Assembly: GCF_006345805.1 (NCBI RefSeq)
Contig: NC_043006.1
Location: forward strand, 26,474,001-26,538,000
Origin: Octopus sinensis
Taxonomy: Eukaryota
DNA length: 64,000 bases
Direction of reading: 5' to 3'
The translations under genes and the position numbers were made by a program. Positions 60,500 to 64,000 of this stretch are shown piece by piece. Each line of letters starts with the position of its first letter. Position 1 is the stretch's first letter. The notes under the pieces are model-generated. The model was not told where the DNA came from and made no database searches. It saw only the letters and a list, made by a program, of their open reading frames with translations.

Positions 60500-61300
60500 T
60501 TGCTGTTAGAGAGTACTACTGTTATTGTCCACAAAGACACCCCGCCCCCACTTTTTTTTTGCAAAAAACTTGGCAGCAAATTGTCTAACATATTGTTTTA
60601 AAAACGGTAGTGTTTGATTTGAGGGGTATTTGGCTGCTCTTTCTAGCCGCTCATGCGACCGTATAGAGGTCCCCTCACAGCTAAGATGACATGAGGTGAG
60701 CTGCAATTGTGAATGTAAGATATGCCTAGAAAGACGAAGAAAAAAAGTGACTGAATGACTATGACGTCACGAAAATAGTAGCCTTTGATTAGCTGTTTGG
60801 TCTGTAGTTGTAGAAAGTCTGGTATTTTGCATCCCGGAAAGAGACTGCTTGTTGGAATGGCGAGGAGTCAAGGCTACTTGAGAAGAAGAATGAAAATAGA
60901 AGGCAACGACAACGTCTTAGGCAAGCAACAGTAAAGTGGAAAGAAGAAATATGTTAACTTAAAAACATACATTTGCTTGAATGTAGTTCCGGAATGAGTG
61001 AACAATTACAGCATCTACACATGCTTATGCTTTTCTACGGTGTGTTGTTTGTCAGAGAAACGTGAGACGTTATCGGCCCAACAGCTGTAACGTAGACGAG
61101 TCTTCTGCAATGATCCTCCGCGATGAACAGGCAATCTAACATGAAATATATCCTGCCATGTAAGCTAGCGTGTTGTCGGGGTGCTTACATCAATTTTATT
61201 TATAATTTTGCACAAACCTCACCCACCAAACGTCTCGGCCTCAATATACGCTCTGTCACTGCAATGAAGTTTACGTATCGTTTGTAAATTATTTACCGAG
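60500..61300. promoter_or_regulatory. CpG-enriched putative promoter region upstream of the Rho/Rnd-like exon
   Basis: Visibly more CpG than the flanks and free of recognisable TEs. Contains a perfect CRE (TGACGTCA, 60762-60769) and ETS-like CCGGAA motifs near 60834 and 60989. Confidence 0.5.
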
Positions 61301-62095
61301 GAATAACGAAATTATCAAAAAAAGTATCTCAGCTTTGAGATACATTCTGGAAACTTTCAGAAGAGAAAAATCGTAATTCTAGTTCTGTCTTAATTTAGCC
61401 ATTTATGTTGTTATTTTCTAGTATTGGATTTTAACTTCATTTACCACTATTACATTACATGTATCTCATGTGCTGTGATCTGTACACACGTATTTCTTAA
61501 TTGATATTCTTTAGGCTATAAACTCTACGCTCTCTCTCTCTCTCTATATATATATATTTACATATATATATATATATTTGTGTGTGTGTCTCTCTAGATT
61601 ATCGTCCTGGTACGTCTTGTCTTACTCCACGAAGTTGATTGTAATTTATTTTTTACTTATTTCAAGTATACATTGGTAACTTCATGAAATGTATTACATT
61701 CTGACACTGACAAATTTTTATTGTTTTCGGAATAAGTCAAGAAAAATGATTTCATCAAATAGACAAATTTTTTTATGAACATATTACTGGCAGTGAACTG
61801 GATTTCTTCAATAGATGGCAAACTTGCTGCCGTATATTTGTTTCATTTATCTAACTATATTTAGTTCCAGTCCATAACTTGAACACTTATTTAAATAAAA
61901 CAAACTTATAGCTGCATTGACAAGAACAATACTGTAGTAGTAATAATAATAATAGTTGTATAAGTAATTTTTTTTCTAATTAGGCACAAGGCCAATTTTG
62001 AAAGCTGATAAAATCATTCGCACTGTTATTTCTGGTACAACTTATGCGAATGTTAGTGTGAAAGTTGAAATCGTTGGTGGTGTGTGGTTTTGAAT

Positions 62096-62206
62096 ATGAA
62101 TCCAATCAATGGGACATGTGTACGATCCAAGTTGGTCATTGTCGGCGATTGTGCTTGTGGCAAAACTTCTTTGATTCATCGATATGTCAATGGAGCCTTT
62201 TTAGAG
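62096..62206 (+). CDS. First coding exon of a Rho-family small GTPase, probably Rnd/RhoE-like: MNPINGTCVRSKLVIVGDCACGKTSLIHRYVNGAFLE
   Basis: KLVIVGDxACGKT is a Rho-type P-loop. There is a strong GAG|gtaagt donor after FLE. The remaining exons are not in the window. Confidence 0.88.
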
Positions 62207-64000
62207 GTAAGTCATACATTCCTGCTCTCTCACCCACTCTCTTTTTTTTTTTTTTTTGTCACTCAACTACTCATCGACACTCCTTATCTCAACTTCTCAT
62301 CGACACTCCTTATCTCTCTGGTCTCATCTGCTTTTATTTCACTTTCATCTTCCTTTCTTCCCTGCCTTTTCCTACCTTCATCACATTCTCTTTCTCTCAT
62401 GTTCTTCCACATTTTCTCTACATATCTTTATAAATATATTTACCGTCATTTCCTTTTTTTAACTCGAATATTCGTCATAATTTTCTAAGTCGCAGTTGTA
62501 ATATCAGCAATAGTTGTATAATTTCTTTCCACAATGATAAAATATTAGGCAATTCCGATACACCCTAAATATCACACATTGTCAAATATATTATGAATTA
62601 TTCAGGTTCTAGGTAGACGTTGAATATTCATATAAGAATTTTAATTAAAGAAATATTTTCTTAATGGAAAGTAGTTTAAGATACTCTAGGTATTCGGGAT
62701 ACAAGCAGCTATCGGGGTTTATCCTCCGCCCCACCTTCATCTTATAAAGTTCACGTATATAACCTAAATTTTCTGTTAGTGATGTATAACGACATAATAT
62801 TATATATAAATGTTATAACAGCCAACTTTTTGAAGCTCTAAAAACCCAAAAGAAACATTTTATTTACGTGGTCGATTTGTATGTGGCCGGCCATCTGTTG
62901 TAAATTCTCTTCACATAGCTTTACCTATTTTTAAACGACAAATAATATACTAAGCCCTTATAAAAACATTTCCACACACGTATACACTCGGAGATGGCTC
63001 TCACAAGAAATATTATCACGAAAGAAGTTTTTTCAATCTGCCATTGTAACTATCTTTCTTTTATTCCAACATAGATGCAATCAATAAGGTTTAATTTCTA
63101 AAAAGGCGAATGTAAGATTTGGAAATATTCGTATCTCATTGTCTTTGTAAATGTCAGGCAAACCTCTTGTAGCATGCGGAGTCTGATAAACTAACCCACA
63201 CGGCTGATAGGTACCAGTGAAAGTAGAATATTGCCTGTTGCCGTCTGGAGAACTCGCACCAGCAGCAGCGGCAGCAGCCTATGGAGGCCTGCTGAAGTGG
63301 AACACTTAAATTCATGTTGTTTGAAATAAAAGCATAGTGCATTAACAAGATCCAAGGTGAAATTGAACCAGGAACTGTACTTTATCACTAACCAATTGTT
63401 GATCATAACTTTAAATTGTTTAACAACAAAATTGAATTGCTTTCTTAAATTTTTTTGACAAATACCGTTTCAACCTACTTTATATTATATTAGTGACAAA
63501 ATTATCTTGTTTGCCGTTGTCTATGCACACGCTACTTTTGTCTGGAGTACATCATTTTCTTCAGTTTCTAAGAGAGGCAGCGAAAAAGGTGATTAGTCGG
63601 TGCTGACTTCAGGGAGCTAACCCACATAGCTACAGTCATTCATTGATCAGATTTCATATAAGCACAGTCTGTACATTTTGTGATGAAGTAGTGATGTAAA
63701 GTATAGTTTAGCAGATGTTGTAAAAATAGTTTAAAGTACGAAAGCGAATGTGTAATTTTTGTTGGAGGGCATAATGACTGAGGGAGTCATTAGCAGTGCC
63801 GATTAGAGAGGATGTCAGCAATGGTATTTACATGGGTAAAAAAAAAATACTGAATTAAAACAATTTTATTTTTATAATTGGTAATATAATTGTGTATGTG
63901 TGTATGTAACAGTCAGTAGTCAGCGAACACCTTGTGTATTCAGTGAATTTTGTGATCCCTAATGAAACACATGATTACTAGGGGGCCCAACGTGGCACTT

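Noticed and set aside
62207-64000. Second exon of the Rho/Rnd-like gene (YxPTVFENY)
   Set aside because: No effector-loop peptide with splice sites was found before the window end. The extension of the 62084 ORF past 62206 is intron read-through.

Overview
This is an AT-rich, repeat-dense animal genomic window. The SINE/LINE families and long (TA)n tracts suggest an octopod cephalopod; that assignment is inferred, not proven. Two host genes are visible, both on the + strand. The first is nine coding exons of CDK5 (945-23931, from GVPSSALRE to the stop codon; the first two exons lie upstream of the window). The second is the first coding exon of an atypical Rho/Rnd-like GTPase (62096-62206). 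The rest is mostly transposable elements: tRNA-derived SINEs, RTE, CR1, Tx1/L1 and R4-type LINEs, Penelope-like elements (PLEs), a Gypsy provirus, solo LTRs, hAT, mariner/Tc1, piggyBac-like and foldback MITEs, and a Helitron relic, often nested with intact target-site duplications (TSDs). The main unexplained signals are: (1) several decayed type I hammerhead ribozyme motifs, including a 351-bp tandem unit that looks like a retrozyme or PLE repeat and three relics on the sense strand of CDK5 introns; (2) a 641-bp palindromic MITE carrying TTAGGG/G-quadruplex arms; (3) an uninterrupted RTE reverse transcriptase ORF with an embedded PHD finger and a 1.5-kb modular 3' UTR. All coordinates were read by eye, and TE boundaries without TSDs are approximate.
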